Below, piece after piece: positions 48,923-58,199 of a DNA stretch of 64,000 nt. The DNA lies in NCBI GenBank assembly GCA_965225945.1, contig CBDDBZ010000027.1, positions 97,705-161,704 on the forward strand, in the 5' to 3' direction. Numbering within the stretch: the stretch's first letter is position 1; every line of letters begins with the position of its first letter. Made by a program: the position numbers and the translations under genes. The notes under the pieces were generated by a model. The model had not been told where the DNA came from. It did no database searches and saw only the letters and a program-made list of their open reading frames with translations. The DNA comes from Alphaproteobacteria bacterium. GTDB taxonomy: Bacteria > Pseudomonadota > Alphaproteobacteria > GCA-2731375.

Positions 48923-49947
48923 GGCTCAATTCGTGAATTGTATGCATTAGTGATAGAGTGCCTGCAACGTCAGGAGGTTGGGTTATGGACGGCAAGGGTT
49001 TCCAGGTGTGGCTTTCGGCGGCGCGCGGGCTGACGCGCGCGCAGCGGCGCGAGGCGCTCGCGGTGCTGTCGGGCCGGAGCGAGGGCGAGGCATCGAAGGC
49101 CGCGATCGAGCTTGGTGTGGACGTGGCCCGGCGCTGTCCGCACTGCGCGAGCGAAGGGGCGGTTTCGCGCGGTATGGCGCGGGGTCTGCGGCGCTACCAG
49201 TGCAAGGGCTGCGGCAGGACCTTCAACGCGCTGAGCGGTACGCCGCTGTCGGGCTTGCACCACAAGGAACGCTGGCTGTCGTTCGGGGCGTCGCTGGCGA
49301 AGGGGGAGATGGTGAAGGCCTCGGCGGCGCGCTGCGACGTGGCGGTGAGCACGGCGTTCCGCTGGCGTCACCGGTTTCTGGCGGCGGCGCGGAGCGATTC
49401 GGAGGTGCTCAAGGGGATCGTGGAAGCGGACGAGACCTACGTCCTGGAGAGCCGGAAGGGCGCGCGCGGGCTGGGGCGCAAGGCACGGCGGCGGGGCGGC
49501 AAGGCGAAGAAGCGCGGCCTCTCGCGCGAGCAGGTACCGGTTCTCATGGCGGCGGACCGGAGCGGAACGACGGTCAGCGCGGTGCTGCCCAGGGTCGATG
49601 CGGCGGCGCTCACGGCTGCCCTCGACCCGGTGGTCGCGAAGGACGCCCTGCTGGTCTCCGACGGCGGCGCGAGCTACCCACCGTGCGCCGCCGCGCTCGG
49701 GGTGAGCCACGAAGCACTCAACCGCTCGATGGGGGAACGGGTTCGGGGCGATCTGCATGTGCAGACGGTGAACAGCCGCCACAGCCGGTTGAAGGACTTC
49801 CTGCGTCCCCGCCGCGGCATCGCCACCCGCTATCTGGACAACTACCTGAGCTGGTTCCACCTCGTCGGCCTCGCCCCCGGCGCCAATGACCGAGCCTGCC
49901 TCGCCGCCGCCGTAACAAGGTGACGCATACAATTCACGAATTGAGCC
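48923..49947 (+). mobile_element. IS1595-family element A
   Basis: Perfect 23-bp TIR GGCTCAATTCGTGAATTGTATGC; AT-rich flanks without an exact 8-bp TSD. Confidence 0.92.
48985..49923 (+). CDS. IS1595 family transposase
   Basis: CPHC/CKGC zinc ribbon, VEADETY, SDG, HVQTVNSRHSRLK, GIATRYLDNY. Confidence 0.93.
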   Translation: MDGKGFQVWLSAARGLTRAQRREALAVLSGRSEGEASKAAIELGVDVARRCPHCASEGAVSRGMARGLRRYQCKGCGRTFNALSGTPLSGLHHKERWLSFGASLAKGEMVKASAARCDVAVSTAFRWRHRFLAAARSDSEVLKGIVEADETYVLESRKGARGLGRKARRRGGKAKKRGLSREQVPVLMAADRSGTTVSAVLPRVDAAALTAALDPVVAKDALLVSDGGASYPPCAAALGVSHEALNRSMGERVRGDLHVQTVNSRHSRLKDFLRPRRGIATRYLDNYLSWFHLVGLAPGANDRACLAAAVTR

Positions 49948-49962
49948 TTTATTAAAGACTAT

Positions 49963-51040
49963 CGTCCCTATCTGGTTAAAGCAGGATGGGCTCCGAATGT
50001 TCTTGATATGTTCTCCATAGAGGTGTAGGCTGATCGCATCGGCTGGAGCTTTTGGAGGACTATTCGATGAGCGGGATATTGGAGTTCCTCGAACGCCATG
50101 GATCGGAGGCGGACTGCATCGAGGCGCTGGCTCGGCTGCGCTGGCCGCAAGGCTACGTCTGCGCGCGTTGCGGCGAGAGGCGGAACTACCAATTGAAGAC
50201 GCGGCCGCGGGTCTTCGAATGCGCCGGTTGCGGCCATCAGGAATCGGTGACCGCGGGCACGGTCTTCCACCGCACCCGCACACCGTTGCGCAAATGGTTC
50301 CTGGCGGCGTGGTGGATGGGGCGCGACAAGCGCGGGGTCTCGGCGCTGTTTCTGTCGCGAGAGTTGAGCCTGCGCTACGACACCGCCTGGCTGATGGCCC
50401 ACAAGCTGCGCCATGCCCTGACGGAGCGCCCGGAGTTCCCGCTGGAGGGCTTGGTCGAGGTCGACGAGAGCTATTACGGCGGGCGGGGCAAGCCGGAGAG
50501 CCGGGGGCGCGGGCTTTCCAACCCGAACAAGAGCCTGTTGGTGATGGCGGTCGAGAAGTGGCCGGTCGGGTCGGGCAAGGGCATCAAGGGGAGCGGCTTC
50601 GCCGCCGGCGCCGCGCGGCTCGCCATCCTGCCCGAGGCCACCGCCCGTGAGTTGGGCGACTTCGTGCGCGCCTCGGTGAAGCCGGGAAGCCGCCTCGACA
50701 GCGACGCTTTCAAGAGTTACGCCAAGCTTGGCGATACTTATCGCCACCAGCCCGTCGTTCAAGGCCAAGGCAAGAACGCCGAGCAGCTCATGCCGGTCGT
50801 CCATGTCCTGTTTTCCAACGTGAAGACGTGGCTCAACGGAACCTACCACGGGGTGAGCGCCAAGCATTTGCCGCGCTACGTCCGGGAATGGAACTACCGC
50901 TTCAACCGGCGCAAACGCATCTTCGACCTTGCCGATTTCGTGTTGCACCGCGCCATGACCCGACCGACCATCACCTAAAGGGAACTGGTCGACGGTATAC
51001 AATCGCAGGGAGCGCTGCCTGCCTTAACCGGATAGGGACG
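49963..51040 (+). mobile_element. IS1595-family element B
   Basis: TIR CGTCCCTATC(T/C)GGTTAA(A/G)GCAGG; 8-bp TSD AAGACTAT (49955-49962, 51041-51048). Confidence 0.93.
50067..50978 (+). CDS. IS1595 family transposase, with a probable premature stop near the C-terminus
   Basis: RWP.G..C..C, VEVDESY, GTYHGVS.KHL..Y..E..YRFNRR; PTIT-TAA-RELVDG reads like a Tyr-to-stop change. Confidence 0.9.
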   Translation: MSGILEFLERHGSEADCIEALARLRWPQGYVCARCGERRNYQLKTRPRVFECAGCGHQESVTAGTVFHRTRTPLRKWFLAAWWMGRDKRGVSALFLSRELSLRYDTAWLMAHKLRHALTERPEFPLEGLVEVDESYYGGRGKPESRGRGLSNPNKSLLVMAVEKWPVGSGKGIKGSGFAAGAARLAILPEATARELGDFVRASVKPGSRLDSDAFKSYAKLGDTYRHQPVVQGQGKNAEQLMPVVHVLFSNVKTWLNGTYHGVSAKHLPRYVREWNYRFNRRKRIFDLADFVLHRAMTRPTIT

Positions 51041-51085
51041 AAGACTATTAACAGATAAATAGGGACGAAGACTATTAACAGATAA
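51032..51085 (+). repeat. 27-bp tandem duplication spanning the IS right tip and TSD
   Basis: ATAGGGACGAAGACTATTAACAGATAA present twice in tandem. Confidence 0.9.
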
Positions 51086-51215
51086 TAAGATTAAGGAAAC
51101 GTAAACGCCGAGCGCGGAACTCGCACCACGGCATGGACCGCCGCGCCGCGGCGGTTGTCGGTCCGGGTCGGGTGTGGTTCGGTGCGCCCCGAAGGTGCAG
51201 CACTTCCGGGCGCCT

Positions 51216-51352
51216 TAGAGCAATATCCGAACGGATCGAACCAGTGCGGTTCGGTCCGTTCGGATATTGCTCTATTCTTCAAGAGGATAGAGAAGCTTTA
51301 TCCGCCAGTTGGATCGCTGAAAGCGATTTCCTTCGGGCGGATGCTGCTCTAG
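51216..51352. repeat. RIME/Bru-RS-like palindromic miniature element (TAGAGCA...TGCTCTAG)
   Basis: 27-bp near-perfect inverted arms at 51216-51242 and 51248-51274, plus a second hairpin ending TGCTCTAG. Confidence 0.7.
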
Positions 51353-51364
51353 GAACCACGCGAC

Positions 51365-52363
51365 ATGACCCAGGTGTCTCGCGAGACCGGCCCGAACGAC
51401 GACGGCGCGGGTTCGGCGAAGCTGATCGCTATCCTCTGCGTGATCGGCGCCGTCACCGCCTTCACCACCCAGGACATGGCGGTGAAGTGGTTGAGCGAGA
51501 GCTACCCGCTGCACCAGATCACGCTGGCGCGGGGCGGGATCGCCATGGTCGTGACGCTGGCGCTGTTCGTGCCGCTGGAAGGTGGCTACCGTAACTTGCG
51601 GACCCGGCGGCCGGGCCTGCATCTGCTGCGCGGTCTCGCGGTGGTGATCGCCAACATGGCCTTCTTCACCAGCCTGGTGAGCCTGCCGCTCGGCGAGGCG
51701 ACGGCGATCTTCTTCGTCGCCCCGCTGCTGATCACCGCGCTTTCCGTCGTGCTGCTCGGCGAACGGGTGGGGCCCCGGCGCTGGATCGCGGTGCTGGTCG
51801 GGCTCGCGGGCGTGGTGGTGATGATCCGCCCGGGGGCCGAGGCCTTCCAGTGGGCGGCGCTGCTGCCGCTCGCCGCCGCGCTGGCCTACGCCGCGTTGCA
51901 GATCATGACCCGCAAGCTCGGAATGGCGGAGAAGGCCTCCACCATGGCCTTCTACATCCAGCTGGTCTTCATCGTGGTCTCCGGCGCCATCGGCCTGAGC
52001 TTCGGCGACGGGCGCTGGGCCGGGAGCGGTGACGCCCATCTCGACTTTCTGCTCCGCGCCTGGGTCTGGCCGAGCCTCGCGGACTTGGGGCTAATGTGCG
52101 TGATCGGCGCCTTGAGCGCCGTCGGCGGCTATCTGGTGAGCCAGGCCTACCGGACCGGCGAGGCGGCGATGGTGGCGCCCTTCGAATACGTCGCGATTCC
52201 CTTGGCGGTGTTCTGGAGCGCCCTGGTCTGGGGCGATTGGCCGGACCTCGTCGCCTGGTTCGCCATCGCGCTGATCGGCGGCGCCGGGCTCTACCTCTTC
52301 TACCGCGAGACGGTGCGCGGCCGCCTCGACGCGCGCCGCCGCCCGATGGGGCGCAATAGGTGA
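51365..52363 (+). CDS. DMT/EamA family transporter
   Basis: About 10 TM segments; LGERVG..RW.AV..G..GV...IRPG; APFEY. Confidence 0.92.
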   Translation: MTQVSRETGPNDDGAGSAKLIAILCVIGAVTAFTTQDMAVKWLSESYPLHQITLARGGIAMVVTLALFVPLEGGYRNLRTRRPGLHLLRGLAVVIANMAFFTSLVSLPLGEATAIFFVAPLLITALSVVLLGERVGPRRWIAVLVGLAGVVVMIRPGAEAFQWAALLPLAAALAYAALQIMTRKLGMAEKASTMAFYIQLVFIVVSGAIGLSFGDGRWAGSGDAHLDFLLRAWVWPSLADLGLMCVIGALSAVGGYLVSQAYRTGEAAMVAPFEYVAIPLAVFWSALVWGDWPDLVAWFAIALIGGAGLYLFYRETVRGRLDARRRPMGRNR

Positions 52364-52431
52364 TTCACTTTCGCCCCCGGCCGGCCGGTACACTGGGGGG
52401 AGATTCGTTTGAGCGAGAGAGTAGGCGCGCG

Positions 52432-53868
52432 ATGAAATATCGCTTGCTGGGCTATTGGTTGGCCGAGAACGGGGCCGAGCTGCTGCTCGATCTTGCCCTC
52501 GTGGCAGCGGTGATCGGGCTGGCCCTGTTCCCGCCTCGAAGCCAGATCGAGGTCTTGGTCCATGCGGGCATCGCCACCGCCGTGGTGATGCGGGCCTATT
52601 CCGCCTGGCGCGACTGGCGCTTCGCGCCTGGAAAACTGAACGATATCTGGCACCGTCTGGGGCGCGACGCGGGAACCCGGGCGATCAACAGGATCGCCCG
52701 CATCTACGATCTGGAGGAGAGCGAGGACATTCGGCCCTTCGAGGGCGAGCTGGGCACGGCGTTGCTGCATGCGCGCCAGGACCTTCCCGCGCGCTGCGGT
52801 TGCGCCCTCGCCCGCACAGCCATCGACGCGGTGGCCGACGGCGTTCACGGATTTTGGCTTCCCGTCGACCGTAGCCACACCCTGCCCTCGCCCGGATTGC
52901 GCATGGAAGTCGCGGACCCGATCCCCGACGCCAGCGGCTTCACGACGCCGTTCGACGATGTATGTCTCGCCCGGGCCCGAGACATTCTCGACGAGGACCG
53001 CGAGATCGCGCTCTTCTGGTCGGGTGGCATCGACAGCACGACGGCCTTGTCCGCCTTGCTCATGGAGGCGAGCGCGGCGGAACGCGAACGCCTGCACATT
53101 TTTCTGCGCCCGCGCTCGATCGCCGAATATCCGGAATATTTCGCCTCCCACGTCCACGGCTTGCGCCACACCATCATCGCCGGAGAGGCCGCCGACGCCT
53201 TCCGTTCGGGGCCGGGCCGGACCTTCAGCTCCGATGTGGGGCCGATCCTCGCCCGAGAGGCGCGCGAGAAGCTGATCGTGACCGGTGAACATGGCGACCA
53301 GATCTTCGGCTCGATCAAGCTGGCGGAGAATCCGGAATGGATAGGCCGGCCCGCGAGCGAATTTTTGCACGATCCGACATTTGATGCCCATCGAGACGAG
53401 ATCGAGGGCCTGAACGCCGCCTGCCCGGTGCCGGTTGGCGACATCGCCACCTTGCTCTGGTGGTGGAACTTCGCGGTGAAATGGCAGGAAATCACCTTCC
53501 GCGGCCTGTCCGATCTCGATGACGGCTCGGCGTTTCGCAACATCCGTCATTTCTTCCGGACCGAGGACTTTCAACGCTGGTCGATCGCCAATCCGGATCT
53601 GAAGATTCGCGACAGCCTGGAGAGCTACAAGTGGCCCGCGAAGGAGTTCATCTACCGCTTCGCCGGCGATGCGGACTATCGCGACCACAAGACCAAGGTC
53701 GGCTCGCTCAGGGTGCGAATTGGATCGGTGCTGGGAATTGACAATCGCTTCAACATCATCAAGGCGGGCCAAACCTCGACGGACGACGGCAAGATCCGGG
53801 CGAAATATGGGACGCGCCTCGAGGGCTTTGCGATTTCGGACCAGGCTATGGCGATGGAAACGGGATAA
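52432..53868 (+). CDS. Asparagine-synthetase-like PP-loop (adenine nucleotide alpha-hydrolase) protein with N-terminal TM segments
   Basis: FWSGGIDST and VTGEHGDQIFGS motifs; no Ntn glutaminase domain recognisable. Confidence 0.65.
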   Translation: MKYRLLGYWLAENGAELLLDLALVAAVIGLALFPPRSQIEVLVHAGIATAVVMRAYSAWRDWRFAPGKLNDIWHRLGRDAGTRAINRIARIYDLEESEDIRPFEGELGTALLHARQDLPARCGCALARTAIDAVADGVHGFWLPVDRSHTLPSPGLRMEVADPIPDASGFTTPFDDVCLARARDILDEDREIALFWSGGIDSTTALSALLMEASAAERERLHIFLRPRSIAEYPEYFASHVHGLRHTIIAGEAADAFRSGPGRTFSSDVGPILAREAREKLIVTGEHGDQIFGSIKLAENPEWIGRPASEFLHDPTFDAHRDEIEGLNAACPVPVGDIATLLWWWNFAVKWQEITFRGLSDLDDGSAFRNIRHFFRTEDFQRWSIANPDLKIRDSLESYKWPAKEFIYRFAGDADYRDHKTKVGSLRVRIGSVLGIDNRFNIIKAGQTSTDDGKIRAKYGTRLEGFAISDQAMAMETG

Positions 53869-54065
53869 TGAAAAGCAAGACAATCGTCAAAATAGTCGTG
53901 ATGCTCGTCATATTCATCGCGCTTGCATGGATCGGTGAGGTGACGTTCGGCTGGATCGGCGCTGTCGCCGCGGTCGGAATCGGTGGCGTCATCGCGCTGA
54001 TCGGGTTCCAAGTCGCGAAACACGCGGGCGGCGGCGGCGCTAGCGGTGGCGGTGGGGTCGGTTGA
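53868..54065 (+). CDS. Small two-TM membrane protein
   Basis: TAATG stop/start overlap with the upstream gene; two hydrophobic helices and a Gly-rich tail. Confidence 0.6.
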   Translation: MKSKTIVKIVVMLVIFIALAWIGEVTFGWIGAVAAVGIGGVIALIGFQVAKHAGGGGASGGGGVG

Positions 54066-54123
54066 CGGTTCAGGCTTTCGTCGATCGGGGAAAATTCCTC
54101 GGACTATTTTTACCGGGAACCGC

Positions 54124-55176
54124 CTACACCACCTTCACGTTCCGCGCATCCGAGAGCGCGCTCAGCATGCTCTCGACCGTGTCGGCGTCCATGTCGCGGG
54201 TGATGAAGACGACGCGGCTGCGCCGGTCCTCGCTCGGCCAGGAATCGAGCTGCACCGGCGGGTGGAAGAGATGCTGCACGCCGTGCACGACGATCGGCGC
54301 CTCGCTCTCCGCCACGTTCAAGATGCCCTTGACCCGCAGCATGTCCTCGCCCCGGTAGTTGGCCAGCAGCTCCAGCCAGGTGACGACGCTGTTCCACGCC
54401 AGCGGCTCGTCGATGGTCATGCAGAAGGCGTGGATCCGCTCGTCGTGGCGGTTGACGTCATGGTGCTCGTGCTCGTGGTCGTGATCATGGCTGTCGCCAT
54501 AGGCCTCCTCGCGCAGCCAGCGGCGGACGTCGAGGCTCTTGCTCTCGGGGTTGTAGAGGCCGGCCTCGAACAACAGGCCCGGCGCGATGTCGCCGTGGCG
54601 GACCTGCAGCTGATCCGCGCCCGGGTTCAACGCCCTGAGCCGCGCGCCCAGGCTCGCCAGCGCCGGCGCCTCCGCCAGATCGGACTTGGTCATGACGATG
54701 CGGTCGGCGACCGCCACCTGCTTGACGCTTTCGAAGTGGTTGTCGAGGGTGGCGGCGCCGTTCACTGCATCCACCGTGGTGATCACGCCATCGAGGCGGA
54801 AGCGGCCGGAGAGCACCGGATCGGCCATCAGGGTGTGCAGAATCGGCGCCGGATCGGCGAGCCCAGTGGTCTCGATCACCAGCCGCTCGAAGGGCGGCAC
54901 CTCGTTCCGCGCCCGCTTCACGTAGAGGCCGCGAAGGGTGTCGACCAACTCGCCCCGGATGGTGCAGCAGAGGCAGCCGCTCGACATCATGACGATGTCC
55001 TCGTCGGATGATTCCACCAGGTCGCTGTCGATGCCGATTTCACCGAACTCGTTGATCACCACGGCGGTGCGCGCCATGTCGGGGTGTTGGATCAGGCGGT
55101 TCAGCAGCGTCGTCTTGCCGCTGCCGAGAAAGCCCGTGATCACGGAGACCGGCAGCAGCTCGGCTTCGGTGTCCAT
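54124..55176 (-). CDS. COG0523/CobW-family GTPase metallochaperone
   Basis: TGFLGSGKTT, INEFGE, GCLCC, IETTGLADP, His-rich linker. Confidence 0.93.
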   Translation of the reverse strand: MDTEAELLPVSVITGFLGSGKTTLLNRLIQHPDMARTAVVINEFGEIGIDSDLVESSDEDIVMMSSGCLCCTIRGELVDTLRGLYVKRARNEVPPFERLVIETTGLADPAPILHTLMADPVLSGRFRLDGVITTVDAVNGAATLDNHFESVKQVAVADRIVMTKSDLAEAPALASLGARLRALNPGADQLQVRHGDIAPGLLFEAGLYNPESKSLDVRRWLREEAYGDSHDHDHEHEHHDVNRHDERIHAFCMTIDEPLAWNSVVTWLELLANYRGEDMLRVKGILNVAESEAPIVVHGVQHLFHPPVQLDSWPSEDRRSRVVFITRDMDADTVESMLSALSDARNVKVV

Positions 55177-55247
55177 CCTCGTCGTCTCCTCTCGCCGCGC
55201 TCGGCCTCGATTGTACACCTCCCCGGCGGGCCCGCGAGGGGCCTCGC

Positions 55248-56792
55248 TCAATCCTCGGGAATCGCGCCGCCTTCCTCGATGCGGCGCGCGACGAAGGCGT
55301 CCAGTTCCTCGGCGATCTCGGGCGCCATCGGCGGCGGCTCGTAGTCGGCCAGCAGCCGCTGGTAGATCTCGTGCGCCCGGCGGGTGGCGCTCTTGGCGCC
55401 GTCCTCGCTCCAGCTCTCGTAGTTGCGCCAGTCGGAGAGAAAGGGCGCGTAAAAGGCGGTCTCGTAGCGTTCCAGCGTCTGGGCGGCGCCGAAAAAATGA
55501 CCGCCCGGCCCCACCTCGCGGATCGCGTCGAGCCCGAGAGTGGCCTCGTCGACCTCGATCGGGCGCATCACTTCGGCCATCATCTGCAGCATCTCGGCAT
55601 CGATGATCACCTTCTCGAAGGAGGCCGAGAGCCCGCCCTCCAGCCAGCCGAGGCCGTGCTTCATGACGTTGCAGCCGCCCAAGAAGCAGGCCCAGATCGA
55701 CATCTGACTCTCGTAGACCGCCTGGGCGTCGGGGGCGTTCGAGGCGTTGACGTTGGAGGAGCGATAGGGCACCCGGTAGCGCCGCGCGAGCTGGCCGCCG
55801 GCCAAGGCCGCCTTGACGTATTCCGGCGTGCCGAAGGCGGGCGCGCCCGACTTCATGTCGACATTCGAGGTGAAGCCGCCATAGACCACCGGCGCGCCCG
55901 GGCGCACGAGCTGGGCGAAGGCGATGCCGGCGAGCGCCTCGGCGTTCTGCTGCGCGAGCGCGCCCGCGATGGTCACCGGCGCCATCGCGCCGGCCAGCGT
56001 GAAGGGGGTGAAGACCACCGCCTGGTTGCGCTTGGCCAGCTCCATCACGCCGCGCAACATCGGCCGGTCGTATTGCAGCGGTGAATTGGCGTTGACCACC
56101 GTCCAGATGCTGGTTTCCCGGTCCAGCTCCTCGTTCGTGCGGCCACGCGCGATCCGCGCCAGCTCGATCGAGTCGCGCATCCGCTGACCACCCAACGCAT
56201 AACCGTAAAGCGCCTTGTCGGTGAGCGTGGCGAGCGCCTGCTCGGCCTTCAGATGGCGGATCGGCGGCGGAATGTCGGTCGGCTCGACCGGATAGCCGGC
56301 GACGAAATCGACGATGTTGAGCGTCTGGCCCAGGCGGAGGAAATTGCAGTAGTCCTCGAAATTGCCTTGCCGGCGGCCGTTCTCGATGTCGGTTGCGTTG
56401 GGCGGGCTGGAGACCGTGGAAATCGTGAAGTGCCGGCCGCCGATCCGGCGATGGTTCTCTGGGTTGCGGGCATGCAGCGTAAATTCGGCGGGCACGCTCG
56501 CCATCGCCTCCATCACCAAGCCCCGGTCGAGGCGGACCCGGGGGTCCCCCGCTTGGACCCGGGCGCCGGCGGCGGCCAGGATCTCGCGCGCCTCGTCCAG
56601 CAGGAAGTTGATCCCGATCTCTTCCAGGATTGTCAGCGAGGTGTCGTGGATCGCCTCGATCTGATCCGCCGAGAGGATCTCGATCGTCGGCAGCGTGTTG
56701 GTCAGCTGTCCGCGGGGCGCTTGGCGGAAGCCGGTGGCCGCGCGGCGGGCCTTCATCTCGTTGCGATCGCGGCCGCGTCGTCTCGATGCCAT
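55248..56792 (-). CDS. Trimethylamine methyltransferase family (MttB, non-pyrrolysine)
   Basis: NANSPL.YD, TPFTLAGAMAPVT, GGFTSNVDMKSGAPAFGTPE, GWLEGGL, VGPGGHF. Confidence 0.92.
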   Translation of the reverse strand: MASRRRGRDRNEMKARRAATGFRQAPRGQLTNTLPTIEILSADQIEAIHDTSLTILEEIGINFLLDEAREILAAAGARVQAGDPRVRLDRGLVMEAMASVPAEFTLHARNPENHRRIGGRHFTISTVSSPPNATDIENGRRQGNFEDYCNFLRLGQTLNIVDFVAGYPVEPTDIPPPIRHLKAEQALATLTDKALYGYALGGQRMRDSIELARIARGRTNEELDRETSIWTVVNANSPLQYDRPMLRGVMELAKRNQAVVFTPFTLAGAMAPVTIAGALAQQNAEALAGIAFAQLVRPGAPVVYGGFTSNVDMKSGAPAFGTPEYVKAALAGGQLARRYRVPYRSSNVNASNAPDAQAVYESQMSIWACFLGGCNVMKHGLGWLEGGLSASFEKVIIDAEMLQMMAEVMRPIEVDEATLGLDAIREVGPGGHFFGAAQTLERYETAFYAPFLSDWRNYESWSEDGAKSATRRAHEIYQRLLADYEPPPMAPEIAEELDAFVARRIEEGGAIPED

Positions 56793-56895
56793 CCTCGCTC
56801 CCTCGCGCACGATCGGTCATGATCCCGATGAGCCTATCCCCGTGACGATCCAATAGCGACATAATCGAGGCCGACACGACGAGGGAGGGCGCGCG

Positions 56896-57702
56896 ATGCC
56901 ATGGGAGCTTTCCCGCGCCGAGGTCGACCGGGCGCCCCGCCCGCTGGTGGCACTCGCGCGCGACCTCGCCGACGGCGAGCGGATCGAGCCGCACCGGCAC
57001 GCCCGGGCGCAACTGATCCACGCCGCCAGGGGCACGATGAAGGTGACCACCGCTACCGGCGCCTGGATGGTGCCGCCCGGGCGCGCGCTCTGGATGCCGG
57101 CGGACACGTCCCATGCCATCGCCATCGTCGGCGCGGTCGAGATGCGGACGCTCTACCTGGCACCCGACGCCCCGGTCCGGGTGCCGGCCGGCGGCGGCGT
57201 GGTGCAGGTGACCCCGCTGCTGCGCGAGTTGATGCTGCGCTGTGTGGATCTGCCGCTGCTCTATGACGAGGCGGGGGCCGACGGCCGCCTCGTCGCGGTG
57301 ATCCTGGACGAGCTCGAATGCCTGCCCTCGGCGCCGCTTCATCTGCCGTTGCCGCGCGACAAACGCCTGGCCCCGTTGGTCGCGGCGATCCTCGCCGAGC
57401 CCGGCGACCGCCGCACGGCCGGCGAATGGGCGGGCGAGATCGGCGTCGGCGAGCGCACCCTTTCCCGCGTGCTGCGGCGCGAGATCGGATCAAGCTTCGG
57501 CGCCTGGCGTCAACAGGCCCGGTTGATGGCGGCCGTGGCCAGCTTGGCCGAGGGTGCGCGGGTCGACGCGGTCGCCCGCGATCTGGGTTACGAGAGCCCG
57601 AGCGCCTTCATCGCCATGTTCCGTCGCGCCCTCGGCACCACGCCCGGACGGTTCCTCGAGGGCGACGGCGGCACGGACGGCGCGGCCGGGAAAAAAATAT
57701 AA
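56896..57702 (+). CDS. AraC family regulator (cupin plus HTH, NimR-like)
   Basis: HRH.RAQL, WMVPP..ALW, LGYESPSAFIAMFRR. Confidence 0.92.
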   Translation: MPWELSRAEVDRAPRPLVALARDLADGERIEPHRHARAQLIHAARGTMKVTTATGAWMVPPGRALWMPADTSHAIAIVGAVEMRTLYLAPDAPVRVPAGGGVVQVTPLLRELMLRCVDLPLLYDEAGADGRLVAVILDELECLPSAPLHLPLPRDKRLAPLVAAILAEPGDRRTAGEWAGEIGVGERTLSRVLRREIGSSFGAWRQQARLMAAVASLAEGARVDAVARDLGYESPSAFIAMFRRALGTTPGRFLEGDGGTDGAAGKKI

Positions 57703-57829
57703 ACGTGATGTGACGACGGTCACAGACTTGGTGTCCTTCCATACCAATATCAGTCTCGTGTTGGACTTGCTGCGTGACTTCGGGTCCGATACGCCGATCC
57801 AAGGGGAAGACCCTTCCCCGATTGGGACG

Positions 57830-57935
57830 GCTCGACGACAAGGGCAAACCGTCGGAAACGGCGAGACGCAAAGCCACCGGCCTTCGCCCGGCTCGAGGAC
57901 ATCGAGCTCGGAAAGGCAGCGGAGCCACCGAAAGG
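57830..57935 (+). ncRNA. c-di-GMP-I (GEMM-I) riboswitch, copy 1 (appears intact)
   Basis: CG-ACAA-GGGCAAACC-GTCG-GAAA-CGGC-GAGACGCAAAGCCACCGGCCT...AGGCAGCGGAGCCACCG matches the GEMM-I architecture. Confidence 0.8.
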
Positions 57936-57970
57936 AGATCCAAGGGGAAGACCCTTCCCCGATTGGGACG

Positions 57971-58064
57971 GCTCGACGACAAGGGCAAACCGTCGGAAAC
58001 GGCGAGACGCAAAGCCACGGCTCGAGGACATCGAGCTCGGAAAGGCAGCGGAGCCACCGAAAGG
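57971..58064 (+). ncRNA. c-di-GMP-I riboswitch, copy 2 (P3 5' strand partly deleted)
   Basis: Same motif lacking 12 nt after GCAAAGCCA; followed directly by an AAGGAG RBS. Confidence 0.65.
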
Positions 58065-58199
58065 AGACCGTCATGACCTCTGGTCTGAACCTCAATCCGT
58101 AACCGCCACCGGGGCGCCGACGCGCCCACCGGAACCGCCGGCCCACGCCGTACGGGCATTCGAGCCGGTCGAGACGAACCTTATTCCGAGGTGGTGAAG

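Larger units (their letters stand above)
57796..58065 (+). repeat. Tandem duplication: 141-bp unit (57796-57936) and 129-bp unit (57937-58065, 12-bp deletion)
   Basis: Direct comparison of the two units. Confidence 0.93.

Noticed and set aside
48915-49955. 8-bp TSD for IS1595 element A
   Set aside because: The flanks TTTAATTT and TTTATTAA do not match exactly.
55248-56792. Pyrrolysine recoding in the MttB homolog
   Set aside because: The ORF is open throughout with no in-frame TAG.
54124-57342. 1072-aa ORF
   Set aside because: Only the C-terminal 350 aa (CobW-like) is protein-like; the rest overlaps the MttB-family and AraC genes.
57796-58065. CRISPR array or repeat-protein ORFs
   Set aside because: Two long units without unique spacers and no cas genes; better explained as a duplicated riboswitch.
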